A stretch of DNA of 61,726 nucleotides, counting the filler, from Nemertoderma westbladi (Eukaryota; Animalia; Xenacoelomorpha): assembly GCA_032718475.1 (NCBI GenBank). It is 4 parts of 4 records of this genome, joined end to end, with 100 filler letters (N's around TTAATTAATTAA, not from the genome) between each part and the next. Parts side by side here need not be neighbours in the genome. Positions count along the whole stretch, not along the records: positions 1 to 19,626 come from JAUCBJ010000904.1; 3 more parts are not named here. One strand, given 5' to 3'. Of this stretch, positions 1-12,930 are shown one piece after another (the first letter of the stretch is position 1; every line of letters starts with the position of its first letter). Under the pieces are notes generated by a model, which had not been told where the DNA came from, did no database searches, and worked only from the letters and a program-made list of their open reading frames with translations. Position numbers and translations under genes: made by a program.

Positions 1-1337
1 GATGCTCTCCTTTCTGCTTCTGCCACTGCCTTTGCTGCCTTTCTTTCTGCTTCTGCATCTGCCATAGCCACCGCCTTTGCTGCTTTTCTTTCTGCTTCTG
101 CATCTGCTATAGCCGCCGCCTTTGCTGCTTTTCTTTCTGCTTCTGCATCTGCCATAGCCGCCGCCTTTTGTTCCTCTATCCTTCTTTTCTTTATTTGTTC
201 TTCTCGGACTCTAGTGAGGCGGAGTTTTTCATCACATTCAGCTTGGTTTGCAGCTAACATTTCGGCATCGATTGAGTCCAACACAAGCTTAGTTCCTTCA
301 CTATTAGGGGAAAGTCCAGACAGCCGTCTCCTCAACTCTTCGTCTCCTAGGAATCGCTGATAGTCGGACAAATAAATGTCGATAGCGTCTCTAGTTCGCG
401 GTTCCTCGGCGGCCTCTTCGCTTTTCGCTTGAGAAAGGGTGACATCAGTTGGTTCTTCATAGGTTGATCTCTCAGCCAGCTGGGATTTCCACTGGGCCGT
501 TTCCTGGACTTTGAGATCTACCCGATGTAACCAAGTTTTGACAGCAACCTGCAGCGACGTGTCTTGTCTTCTTTTGGAAGTTTCCTCAAAGGCTGAGAGG
601 ATTAGTCGTATGCGTAGGGTTCTTTCGCGTATTTGATATAGTAACTCTTCCTGCTCTTGAGGTCCGTGAGGTTGTCGAAACAGTTGTTCTTCCAATCGAT
701 CCAAGGATCCGAAGAATCCCTGCACATATCCTGCTGCCGACCTCTTCCAAACAGCTGGATCCATTGTATCTTTAGCCACTCCCATCCTGTGTATATCTTC
801 CCAAGTAGCCTCGGACAGATCCAATGGAAGTCCGAGTCCGGGAAAGTTCCATTGTGATTCAACAATAGATATCAATTCTTCCCTGGCGTATCCCGCGTAA
901 TTATCTTGGGTCGCTCGCTTATTCTTCGCCCAGTCGGCTTGATGTTCCTCCACCGCAATGAATATAGTAGTTAGCACTGCAGCAGGAAGAGTAAGAAGGG
1001 GGTCCGAGTAGACTGTATCAGCCATCTGCACTCCATGTTCGGGAGTCAACTCTACAGTATCCGAACTGCTGGAGCTATCGGGTCGCTGGGAAGTAGGTTC
1101 TTGACCAAGATGTTGCTGCGATAGGACAACTGCCTCTTGGTCCCGTTTTACCTGTGCCCGAGTGCCTATGATGGACCTATGGTGGACTAGCCTAGGGTCT
1201 GATACTACTGGAGGGATGACCTTTTTTACAGTAGGAGGTGAGCCGAACTCCTTTCTTATTCGCTCCACACTCCTATCTGAATCACAAATAGTTGTATCGA
1301 TCAGACTGTCTGACAGGTTTTGCTGAGTGTCAGACAT
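1..1337 (-). CDS. Long ORF running off the window edge (>445 aa), probable Gag/ORF1 of an LTR retroelement; contains a 15-aa KAAAMADAEAERKAA repeat
   Basis: Manual translation from ATG at 1337 (MSDTQQNLSDSLID...) is stop-free to base 1. It is absent from the ORF track because it has no stop in the window. It lies downstream of the LTR at 3527-4827 in the same orientation. Confidence 0.65.
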   Translation of the reverse strand, partial: MSDTQQNLSDSLIDTTICDSDRSVERIRKEFGSPPTVKKVIPPVVSDPRLVHHRSIIGTRAQVKRDQEAVVLSQQHLGQEPTSQRPDSSSSSDTVELTPEHGVQMADTVYSDPLLTLPAAVLTTIFIAVEEHQADWAKNKRATQDNYAGYAREELISIVESQWNFPGLGLPLDLSEATWEDIHRMGVAKDTMDPAVWKRSAAGYVQGFFGSLDRLEEQLFRQPHGPQEQEELLYQIRERTLRIRLILSAFEETSKRRQDTSLQVAVKTWLHRVDLKVQETAQWKSQLAERSTYEEPTDVTLSQAKSEEAAEEPRTRDAIDIYLSDYQRFLGDEELRRRLSGLSPNSEGTKLVLDSIDAEMLAANQAECDEKLRLTRVREEQIKKRRIEEQKAAAMADAEAERKAAKAAAIADAEAERKAAKAVAMADAEAERKAAKAVAEAERRA

Positions 1338-2699
1338 GTTTAGTTATACAGTTGAATGTCTACTACTATATTTTCAGTTAAAGCAAGTCTAGTAATTCAG
1401 TATGACCGCAAGCCTAGCGATTTATTACCGGTACCGTTACTCAGTGTAACGTGATATATATACAATATATTAGAATACCGGTATGCTTATAATATATATA
1501 AGTATTATTACAGACTAGATTTGTCACAGAGTACCGGTATATAATTTAGCACAAATATATACATATATATAGTAGGCCTATAGTGAATACCGGTATACAG
1601 CTTACACTTATAGTATATAAGTATAATTATAATTAAGTATAAGTATAATTAATTACAGAGTACCAGTATGATTTCAGCTCAAATTTATAGAGATAAATAT
1701 AATAAGCCTATAGTGAGTACCGGTATGTCAATTATTTTTAGAATAATTGAATTCCTGAATATTTTAAGGTTACTTAGCTACTTTAACTTACTTTATTACC
1801 GTTGTTTAAGTAGTAGTCCAACTGGTAGTGAGACCTAGTTGTTGTATGACAAGCCTACTATTTATAAATCGTTTGATTTGATTTATAATATTTATATACC
1901 CGTTTATATGGGTTTTTGTCAATATTTGAAATAAATGTTATTATTTCTGGGGGAGTCACTACACAGAAGCTGAACGCCTCTCAGTGAAGTGCTATTTATT
2001 TGACACTAAAACTGATAATTCTAATTTACCTAAGTTACTTAATACTACAAATTACTTACGATACTGATGAGATTAATTCTCTAATTAAACACAACAAAAT
2101 ATTACGTACGAAATTTTTAGGGTAATTTTACAGGAAGTCTACAAACCAGCCTAACAAAGGGTTAGAATTCTGGTTATTACAACGGACAGGGTACTACGGT
2201 ATTTGAAATAATAAGTAGTAAATATATTGTACTGTCCAGATAGGAAAATACCACCGCCTGACGACCTATAACCGTATCGCTATAGGTACTACGTTATGTA
2301 TCACGGATTGTTCCTACCCAGAAGCTAATAGAGCTAACGAATGTGCCTATCAACCACTTTACAACACAAATATACTGCCTACACTAATTACTTCGGAAAG
2401 CACTGTACACTAAACCCTAAATTAGGTACAAGTACCGGTATAACAAATAATCAGTAGTTAAATATACTTGAACAGTTAAAAGAACCACGGCATCTGCTGG
2501 AGTGACCGAAGCACAAAATCTCCAGTCTTTACCTACGCCGAGCAGCCCTGATGTAGTACCGGGGTTAGTTTAACTATAACGGTATGTATAACAAGCACAA
2601 TTACTGTAGGAATAAACTTGGGGACATGAATGTTGCGAATAATCGCATAAACTCTGAATAATAAATATTACGCTACCCGTACAGAATACTCAAACAAAT

Positions 2700-3235
2700 A
2701 CAAACCAAACGCTGGCAAACTACTATCAAGCCTAAACAAACTACAGTATGTGCAGATTCTGAAACTGTTAGTTAGTATGCGTCCTAACACGGTAGTACGA
2801 CTTACTCTTTAAGAGGGGATTGACCTTACAGCTTATGGCTGCCCCAACTTACTAACGGCACTTTATCAGACCAACTCTACACACGCAGCAATCCCTTCAG
2901 ACCTAAAAATAGCTAGACAACAATCCAGCCTACAAATATTTGAGTAATAACTATTACGGTACCTGAACAGACCACACAAACAAACACAGGCTAAAACACT
3001 GGCAGACTATGATCAAGCCTAAATAAACTACAGTATATGCAGACTCTGAAACTGTTAGTTAGTATGCGTTCTAACACGGTAGTACGACTTATTCTTTAAG
3101 AGGGGATTGACCTTACCACATATGGCTGCCCCAACTTACTAACGGCACTTTATCAGACAAACTCTACACACGCCGTAATCTCTCCAAACTCAACAACAGT
3201 CAGACAGCAGCTCAGCCTACAATTATCTGAACAAT
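2700..3235. repeat. ~290-bp imperfect tandem duplication in the presumed 5' leader of the retroelement
   Basis: TCAAGCCTAAAyAAACTACAGTATrTGCAGAyTCTGAAACTGTTAGTTAGTATGCG... occurs at ~2726 and ~3012. Confidence 0.85.
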
Positions 3236-3526
3236 CTGAGCAGGGTCACACGCCTTCTGCTCAATATTAGCCTACTAGGAAATAAAACCGACAGAAATAG
3301 GTAAAATCTCAATAAAAATTCAGGGCTGCAGTCCCTGATTAAGTACTAAGACCTACCAGTATACAATAATCAAAATCGAATAATACTAAATGTACTTGTA
3401 CAGCAGTACCGGTACCGGTGATGACAGTTAGGCCTACTGACCTACAGAAGTACCGGTTCAGTTTTACCAGTCACTACGGTATTTTGCAACCTTATTGCCT
3501 ACTGCAATAAGATTATAAACTGTTAC

Positions 3527-4827
3527 TGTTCGCGCTTTTGAAGACCTTTAGCAGTTTAACCTGCCAAAATTTATGTCTTTTAGTTAATTAAAACACCTTT
3601 AGCATACGACAACAATTTATGCTAATACACAAAACATTAGCCGAAGTCAGCCCATGCGCGATCATTCACCCGATGGATCTACACCCGGGAGGCTGAATTC
3701 GGATGCTTAAATTTTATTATTGCAGTGTAAGGTTGCAGTGTAAACTTACTGTATTATTCGATAGATCGTTAATAATTAATCTCTCACAGATATTATTGGT
3801 TTTCGGGAAATATTAACAGTTCCTTTAGGGCGTGGCGTTCTATCTATTTAAACAGAACTAAGACTTATACTAAAACGCAACGATACCGCTTATGATTAAA
3901 GTATGAAGCGTATTCTTTTGGAAATACTTTGTTACCAATCACAATCATACACACTATTCTGCCGACCGTCAGTATATTTGATCACACATAAAGAGAGCAG
4001 CAATTGACTCATGTAGGGTCTGCTAAATAACATTAGATTCAATACACACTACATTAATATAAATCGCAATTGTTATGTATAGCCGGTCTCTCTAACCTGT
4101 AGTGTATCAAGAAAATTGGGAAATTTGGGTGATTTATCCGTATTATCCAAAGAGCAATATTTCCATCAACAAATAGGTACAATTAATAACTGACGGTAAA
4201 TAACAGTACAAACAATATGATTAATGCAGTTAAATTAAGTGAGTTAGTGAGTTCGTTCGATTCGGTAACAGTTTATACTTTCGATAATTTAAGCAGTTTT
4301 ACTAGAGTTCTTCCCAAAAAGCCGGTGTTATGGCGAAAATGGGAACACAACAACAGAATCATATAAAATCATATGACTACTACTACTATACGAGTATACC
4401 AAAAACTCTTATTCCATGAAGCCCCGTTCAACACAGAGGATGAGCAGTGAGATAGGAAATTCAGTTCAGTAGCGCTGGGATAGGTCGAAATCAACGCCTA
4501 CGCAAATTCTATTGGCTGACACGAAAAGCAAGGCTAAGGCAACCTCCCTAAGCTAGTTGGCCGATTAAACTGAGCCCAGATATCTCCGTACAGCACATCA
4601 GCCAATAAGCTGGTAGCTTGCACTATTTTAGTTATAAATCCCTTTGAGAGTATTCTAGCGACTGGGGGGGAACTGGCCAGCAAAGGCAAACGTATCAGTT
4701 ATCCCACAAAAGCTTTTACAGGTAGCTTGCACTATTCTAGCTAGATATCCCTTTTTAGAGTATTCAGCGACTGGGGGGAACTGGTTAGCAAAGCAAACGA
4801 ATCAGTTATCCCACAAAAGCTTTTACA
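3527..4827 (-). mobile_element. ~1.3-kb LTR (5' LTR of a minus-strand element) inserted into a Gypsy gag gene
   Basis: Minus strand reads TGTAAAAGC...GCGCGAACA (TG..CA). The same 3' end recurs at 20607, 59205 and 61678 with different flanks. Gypsy gag coding sequence resumes at 4828. Confidence 0.7.
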
Positions 4828-7800
4828 CACTCGCCACATTCGGAAAAATAGACATCCATTACTAGACCGTGGAGAATTTCACGCACGGACTCAGGGTCGT
4901 GGTGAGAAGTTCAATGACTTCTTTGTAGCCCTCCGCGTTTTAGACCGAGCCTGTGCGTGGGAAAATTGTATCAATGCTTCGGCACATCAAAAAGAGCGTT
5001 TGGTAGGCAAAATTGTTTCTGGGTTGGCGAATGCCCGCATTCGCCAGGAGATTCTTAAAACTCCTTTAGAAGACCTAAAGTTGGATGGTGTACTTCAGAC
5101 GTGCCGTACAATGGAGTCCAGCATTGAAGTGGATGGGAAACTTAACTCCCAAGGATCACTACCAGTCACCATGGTTCATCAGCGAGATGATAATGAAAGC
5201 GATGGTGAGCTATGGTATGATGATAGTGCAGTTAGCGCACTTTCACGCTCAAGTTATAAGATAGGCAAAAACGCGCGGGACACAAGCGTTAAAATGCAGC
5301 AGAGCCATAACCAACAGAATACAGCGGCTTGCAAAAACTGTGGATTGACCAACCATTCCCCTGGTCAAGCATGCCCAGGACGTGTTGTGAGATGCTATAC
5401 TTGTGGAAAATCAGGTCATTTTGGACGAGTTTGCCGCCAAGGTAAGAACAATACCCCAGTAAGGCCCAAAACCCCAGGGGCTATTAACCACTTGTTTATT
5501 GGAAGCATTACTAAAGGCGATTCTGATGTCCCAATTCACTCCAGTTTAGATGGTGGGGACCCATCTACAATGGTCTGGTTATGTGATCCAGGTGCATTCG
5601 CGAACATTATATCTTGTCAGGACTTGGCCATTCTCGGTGAGGGGCGCCATGATGTCAAAATGGGCCCCGACCATGATACTCTCACTGGTCCAGATGGTCA
5701 TGTATTAGCGTCGTTTGGGGTGGTGAGTATTAAATTCCAGCTATATGATAGAGTGTATACAGCGATGGTCCATGTTCTAGAAAATGCTCGTACACGATTG
5801 TTATCACGAGAGGGTTGTATTGCTTTGGGTCTTATTCCTCCTGGATGGCCTGTTTCAGTAGCCCAGTCTGGGTGGGAAAATCCAACAATTGGTGCACCGC
5901 TAAAATATAGTACTGAGTTGGATAGCCAGTTCTCTCTGTCAGCACTTTCGAATTCAACTCAAATCACACCTACATCAGTGGGATGGGGAGCTATGTCCCC
6001 AGATATGGAATTATTACCAGCTCGTGTAAGGGCAGTTCCAGCTAAAGGTGTATTAGCAACCAAGGAGAGTTGGTTTGCAGAGTTTGGGGATGTATTCCCT
6101 GAACTACATGATGATACACCATTATCCACTATGGTTGGACCGGAAATGGTAATTAATTTAAAGCCGGGTGCAATGCCATCAGCTAGGTATCGACCATACC
6201 CAATACCAATTCATTGGCAAGAAAAAGTCCATGATATGTTATTAGCTATGGAGTCCAAAGGTGTAATTGAGAGGGTGCCAGGCAGTACATGAGGTGTCTG
6301 ACTGGGTGCATCCAATGGTGGTGGTCCCTAAGAAAAACTCGACAGAACCAAGAATTACTGTCGACTTCACTGCTTTAAATCGGCATGTGCGGCGACCAGG
6401 CTACCCTACAAGGATACCAGCGCATGAGGTAGCCCAGATTCAGCCGGGAATGAGGCTGTTCAGCACTTTTGATGCGCGTCATGGGTACTGGCAGGTGCCC
6501 TTAGCAAAGGAGAGCCGCGCCCTGACCACCTTCATTACACCATGGGGTCGTATGAGGTTCTTAAGAAATGTAATGGGCTTGATCAGTGCTGGTGACGAGC
6601 ACAATAGCCGAATTGATGATGCGCTGCAGGGTATACCTAACGTATACAGTATCGTTGAGGACATTGTGGCATGTGATATTGATTCTGATGCTCACGAGGA
6701 TCGAGTGCGCACCATTCTCTAGCGCTGTCGCAGTCATAAGATCACATTGAATCGTAATAAATTTTTCTATGCACAGCCTCAAGTAGAATGGTGTGGCTAC
6801 AACTTATCAGAAGAGGGTTACAGAATGTCAAACAACTTAGTTGAGGCTTTGTCATCATTTCCAGTACCACAATCTCGCACTGATACAAGGTCTTTTTGTG
6901 GTCTAGTGCAGCAGTTTAATGCATTTTCCACAGATATCGCCTTGTTGTCAGCACCAATTACCGCGTTGCTATCGCCTAAGGTCCCATTTGTATGGGAGGC
7001 CCCTCAGCAAAAGGCATTTGATGACCTAATAGCAGTGTTAACTTCGAACCAGGTGTTAGCCCACTATAATCCAGGCTTAAAGATGCGCCTTGAGACTGAC
7101 GCTGCACAGTCTAAAGGCCTGGGTTTTGCATTATGGCAACAACAGCCACATACCACAAAAGCAGATATCGTTTGGCGTCTTATCCAGTGTGGCTCCAGAA
7201 CGGTAACACAGACTGAAGCTCGGTACTCAGCCACAGAAATTGAGTTATTAGCGGTAGTTTGGGCGGTTCGAAAATGTGGCCTGTTCCTCCGTGGGGCCCA
7301 TTTTGATCTAATTGTCGACCATAAGCCCCTAGTGTCTATACTAAACCATAAGCCATTAGATGAGATCGATTCACCCCGTATCATGAGGCTCAAGGAGAAG
7401 CTGGCATGTGTAGACTTGACAGCAATCTGGAGGAAAGGATCGGCTCATTCTATTGTGGACACCTTCTCTAGGTTTCCGGTTTGCCCACCAGACATGGAAG
7501 ATGAAGAAGGTGGGGCAGAAATAGAGCACTGTATTAATCTTGTGGCTACCAATGCGGTAAATATTGGTAGTGCAAAGATAGACCCTGATTTAGCCTTAGA
7601 GAAGATTAAGGAAGCTGGTGCAGCTGATGGGGAATACAATAAATTGTTTGACCTAGTAACTAAGGCTGCATTTCCAAACGAGAAATACATGTTGGACTTA
7701 GAATTAAGGCCATACTGGGCTGTTCGGGACGGACTATCGGCTTATGATGGTATGGTCCTATATGGCAGTCGCATCGTAGTTCCGAAGCAGATGCGTCACA

Positions 7801-9147
7801 AGATACTACTTGGGCTCCATGCCGCACACCAAGGACAAGAAAGAGCTCTTCAGCGCACAAGGGAGTGCGTGTTTTGGCCTGGGCTTACAAATGATGTGGC
7901 CAACCAGGTTCGCAGTTGCCCCGAATGTGAAACCCATAAAGCAAGCTACCGACAAGAGCCATTTATCCACGACATAAGACCAGTGTTTGCAGGTGAGGCT
8001 ATATCTGCAGATTTATTTTTTTATGCGGGAGGTCAGTACTTAGTCATTACGGATAAATACTCTGGTTGGCCCGAAGTATACCCATGCGGGAAAAGAGGGG
8101 TGAACACATCACATACAATCGGCCATTTGGTGTCATGGATCAAGGAATTTGGTTTTCCACGACGTCTAACTACAGACAACGGCTCGCAATTTTCGTCCAA
8201 CGAGTTTGCGACCTTCTGCTCAGAAAATAACATTAACCATGACCCTTCGTCCCCTCACCACCACCAGGCAAATAGTTATGGTGAGGCGGCTGTGAAGAGT
8301 ATGAAGGAGATGTTAATAAAGGTGAGCCCATCAGGTGACACAACCACAATCAATTTCGCCATTGCTATGTTAGAATATCGCAACACACCTCGAAAAGATG
8401 GCCTCCGCCCAACCCAATGGCGACTAGGACACCATACTCGGACTACATTGCCTATGACCAACTATGCCAGGATAACGGAAACGCAACGTGGAGCAGCTGA
8501 ATCTAAAGTGTCAATCATTCGTAATAACGCTTCCCGCCTGAATGACCGTGGGTCTCATGTTTTGTCTGTTCTCCAGCCAGGCGAGCATGTTCGGATACAA
8601 AACCCTCGATCAAATAAATGGGACACAATGGCAACAGTTGTTCGCGGTAATGAACGAAACCGAAGTTATGTCGTCCGTACAGATTATGGGTCAACACTTT
8701 GGCGAAATAGGCGATTCCTTCGGCCTGTATTCCAAGCGGATACCCCTACTACATCGGATAGTCATGTTGCTCCCACGCCAATACCACAAAGTTCGCCTAC
8801 AGTAGATCAGGATGGCTGGTCTGTGGTGCAACCACGTCGAGGGACCCGTTCTCGTGGTGTGACAAAATTCTTTGGTGTGACACCCCAAGGGGGGGGGAGG
8901 GGGTTTAAGGGGGGCATGTGGTATCATACTAACTAGTTTGGTATTATGTGCCAAATGAACTAAATTAACTACTAACTGTATCTGGTGGTGGTTATACTAT
9001 AGGTTAACAGCTGTTGGATCCTATTCAAGAGGCGATTGATATAGAGTGTTCGGGTGATAGGGTTTGGCTTGTATTATTATTTTTATCATTTATATGTTTA
9101 TTGATTATATTGGATAAGTAAAACATTTTACAGTTCGTAATAATACA
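4828..9147 (+). mobile_element. Ty3/Gypsy LTR retrotransposon, 5' part displaced by an insertion, degenerate
   Basis: Domain order gag-PR-RT-RH-IN. Polypurine tract at ~8888-8914. 3' LTR TGTGG...TAATACA at 8917-9147. Confidence 0.9.
4850..8936 (+). pseudogene. Gypsy gag-pol with a frameshift (~6290) and an in-frame stop (6720)
   Basis: Gag motif FHARTQGRGEKFNDFF; CCHC knuckle CYTCGKSGHFGRVC; protease CDPGA; RT FDARHGYWQVPL..TTFITPWG..IVEDI; RNase H ETDAA..YSATEIELLAVVWA; integrase H-H-C-C, ADLF, TDNGSQF, GEAAVK. Confidence 0.9.
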
Positions 9148-9500
9148 GCAGCACACTTTGTTCTCCGGAAACCGATACAAAGCTTAACTCGCAGCACACT
9201 TCGTTCTCCGGAAACCGATACAAAGCTTATCTCGCAGCACACTTTGTTCTCCGGAAACCGATACAAAGCTTAACTCGCAGCACACTTAGTTATCCGGAAA
9301 CCGATACAAAGCTTAACCCGCAGCACACTTCGTTCTCCGGAAACAGATACAAAGTTTAACCCGCAGCACACTTCGTTCTCCGGAAACCGATACAAAGTTT
9401 AACCCGCAGCAAACATTGTTCTCCGGAAACCGATACAAAGTTTAACCCGCAGTAAACTTCGTTCTCCGGAAACCGATACAAAGCTTAACCTGCAGCACAC
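9148..9500. repeat. 43-bp minisatellite, ~8 copies
   Basis: GCAGCACACTTCGTTCTCCGGAAACCGATACAAAGCTTAACTC starting at 9148, 9191, 9234... Confidence 0.95.
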
Positions 9501-9504
9501 CGCA

Positions 9505-9740
9505 ATTCCCCCTCCCGCCCTGCCCCCAGCCGCCCTGCCCCCAGCCGCCCTGCCCCCTCCCGACCAGCCCCCAGCCGGCCTGCCCCCTCCCGACCTGCCC
9601 CCAGCCGCTCTGCCCCCTCCCGCCCTACCCCCAGCCGCCCTGCCCCCAGCCGCCCTGCCCCCTCCCGACCTGCCCCCAGCCGCACTGCCGCCTCCCTCCC
9701 TGCCACCAGCCACCCTGCCCCCGCCTGCCTCACCCCATCC
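9505..9740. repeat. C-rich ~15-bp tandem repeat
   Basis: CCCCCAGCCGCCCTG / CCCCCTCCCGACCTG units. Confidence 0.9.
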
Positions 9741-10087
9741 CCTATAATAACTTGCTATAAAGTTAGTGTAAAAGGTTAATAATCAAACCTGCGCATTGAA
9801 CGTATGTTTACTGTTTAGTGGGTTTAGTGTACTTTTAAAAATTAAGGTAAATGAGCAGGATACAATGGCGGTGTTTCCTACCTAAAATATCAAACGGAAC
9901 TAGATTTTGTAATTATGTATTTGCGGTCATTTTGTGATGGATGATTAGCTGGTTACATTAGTACTACTTACTTATCTACCCCCAAAATCTTCCAGGACCA
10001 ATTTTAATTTTATCTCCCTCATAGAAAATCTATTTAGAAATAATAAAGTAACTACTAGGATCGGCATGCTGCATTGCAGCTGCATTT

Positions 10088-10310
10088 TTAAGAATGCTGT
10101 GCCGGCTTGTCAACAAAATTGCACCGCCACAACTCCCTATCACCCATGACATTTGCTAGATCATCCGCATCTTTAAGGCCAGTGTCCTTTAAGATGCGTC
10201 TCAAGAAAGTCATGGGCTGTCCACCATGCTTATTCACTCCATGAGGCTGCCAAAGTACAAGATTATGCACTGGCTGGTCCTCACGGCGAAAGCAATGTCC
10301 TGCAAAGGTA
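10088..10310 (-). mobile_element. RTE-clade LINE 3' fragment
   Basis: FAGHCFRREDQPVHNLVLWQPHG...LKDTGL...DRELW, similar to the C-terminus encoded at 60796-61200. Confidence 0.75.
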
Positions 10311-11797
10311 ACAAACAATATTGAATGGGTAATAACTTTATTAGCAGGATATTTACTTAGAACCTTGTATTTATATATTTTCCTCGGAATAATATCTCGC
10401 AATCGCAAAATAACTAAATAACCTGGTAATAATATATGTAGGCCGCCATGTAGGCCGCACACTAGTGTACAAACGACGGAATGGTGAACGAATACCTGAT
10501 TGAATCTGGTTCGCACTATTTTACTAAAACTAAACAAAACACTCTAAAGCGTTATTTCTAATCATCTGGTCGATAAATCAAAATCCCCACTGATCGATAA
10601 ATTTGAACCAAGGCAACATGGGGAACTAAGTGGAAGGGTTTACTGTGGGAGATCACCCATCATGGGGTGAACTGGCATTCCTTGGCCTAACCAGCCTAAA
10701 AGATTCTCCCATTCATTACTAAACATCTAAAATTCGATACATTGAATTGGAAAATTAAAGCAAAGCCTGTCGCTAAAACAGGCTTAGTTAAGGTCGAGGT
10801 TTAGCCTCAAGTATGAGCTTTTGCTTTTACGAACAACGAATTGCGGTTTAATATTCCATTATAAATGTTTACTATTCATTATAAATAAAAAGAAATATAT
10901 CCAAATTTATTATCTCTAAATATAAATTGTTGGAACACAGCAGACTACTGCATAGTGATTGGTTCTTACAGCCAGTTATACTAAAGCAACACTGCTAATC
11001 CTATATGGTAGGGCAATGTGTTGCCAGCTATTGTTCCCAGCCGAGCCTAGCAACGGTAACTACACAGCCTTTCATCCATTCAGGGATCTCCTTATTTAGT
11101 TATTGGTTGAGATTACTGATAGAATACCTTTAAGATGTTTTTAAGTTATTTCATGTTGCCAAATGCAATATTGCAGGTCAGGTTTTAGTATACGGTAGCG
11201 GTAGAGTAGAGTGGTTAATAATACACTACAGAAATTAGGCCTCGAACTTATACGTTAGCAGGTATACACCCTACCCTACAATTAATTCACAAGGATTATT
11301 ATTATACCTCTTAGTTCTTAGGCCTACTGTCTTACCATACATACCATTGTTGCTCAGTTGCAGTCAATAGTAATAATGCATATTTTAGGAATATCACTGC
11401 AAGGCTCTGAACCGAAAATAATTTATTGCCGTGATCTACTTTTGTTTCCGATTGTGGGTAGGTGTAGTGGATTAGGCCTGGCGATGGCTTTCTAAAAACC
11501 CTAAATAATTATTAGGCCTACACCACAAAATATTCCACTCGACTCCCAACTGCACAGTCGTGGTCATTATTGTTGTAGTTGTAGCTGTACTAAACTGTGG
11601 GGTATTGTAGACTGGTAGAATAGAATAATAAGACAGGGTTGTTTCAGTGGACCGGTACGGTTAATTATTACTAGGCCAAAAATATTATTTGATTATTTTT
11701 ATTTTAATTAATTATATCCTTAAGGCACAGAGTAAAATAAAATTTAAGTAACGCGGAGTACAAATTTTATGTCACGGATTAAAAAGTTAATTAATTA

Positions 11798-11960
11798 GTC
11801 CGACCTTGGCGTAGTGGTTAAATCCGTTGCCTTGAAATTCTCATCTCTCGGAAGTCGTGGGCGTGGGTTCGATCCCACGTGGGGGCAGTGGCGTTTCCGA
11901 TTAGCCACGAAGGTTTTAGAGGGACGCGCCAACTAGCCATAAAAGATTTCAGAATATAAA
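11798..11960 (+). mobile_element. tRNA-derived SINE head
   Basis: A box TGGCGTAGTGG, B box GGTTCGATCC; no convincing cloverleaf. Confidence 0.6.
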
Positions 11961-11969
11961 TTACGGTAA

Positions 11970-12930
11970 AATACGATACGATACGATACGATACGATACG
12001 ATACGATACGATACGATACGATACGATACGATACGAAAATACGATACGATACGAACCAATTTTTCACAATACGATACGATATGAAAAATTCGAGATACAA
12101 TACGAAATACGAAAAAAGTTTGGTATTTTTTTCGTATCGTATTTTATCTAAGAGTTGATAAATATTGTATTGTATTTTGTATTACGCTGAGAAAATCATA
12201 TAAATCTCTATATATTAGGAAAATATTTTTTATTTAATTGTTCCAGTATGCTTGCTACAGCAATAGTGCGGCTACTGGCTACAACATCCATAAGTTATGC
12301 TATGCAACGGGGCCCAATAGTGAGGCGTTACCATATTACCATGCCACTATATGAATACTTTTGATGTACCTAGGCCTACTGGCTACTGCCGTTATTTATG
12401 GAATAAATTTGAATTTGATGTACCAATAAAATTCAAAACTTCAATTTCGAAGTCAAACTAATACTAAAATAAAACAAACTGTTTTATTTCTATTATTATT
12501 TCACTAGAATGCCTTATCATATAACATCAATGCATTGTAGGCGCGATTAGAATTCCCCTCACAAGTTTATTTAAAGTTTATTTGATTATATTTCACTGGT
12601 CTTTTTATCATTAATCTACAGTTGATTACAATGTGATTAACGATCCTTTGTCTTACACATTTTATTGACATAATAAAACTGTAAGCTCTAACCTAATATA
12701 TACACCAATTTTGAGAAGAATATTTTATTTAAAGATATAAGTGGTATCATCTTTGGTTTGACTGTTAAAAACATTAATATTTATAAAATAATAAGATACG
12801 AAATACGAAAAATATTTATTCGTATTATACGATACGAAGTCAATTTTTATGATACGATACGAAATTCGATACGAATAAAATACTGCGATACGAAATTCGA
12901 AAATCCATTTTCGTATCGTATCGTATCCTG
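11970..12930. repeat. (GATAC)n microsatellite with degenerate and inverted copies, probably a non-autonomous element
   Basis: (ATACG)n at 11971-12055; ATACG/CGTAT motifs at 12060-12145 and 12795-12927. Confidence 0.7.

Noticed and set aside
3527-4827. Solo LTR
   Set aside because: The flanks (GTTAC versus CACTC) are not a TSD, and a long ORF follows in the same orientation.
9399-9733. Gly/Arg-rich ORFs
   Set aside because: Translations of a C-rich 15-bp tandem repeat.
11798-11890. Functional tRNA gene (also at 47424 and 51415)
   Set aside because: A and B boxes are present but acceptor and anticodon stems do not pair convincingly; SINE heads are a better explanation.
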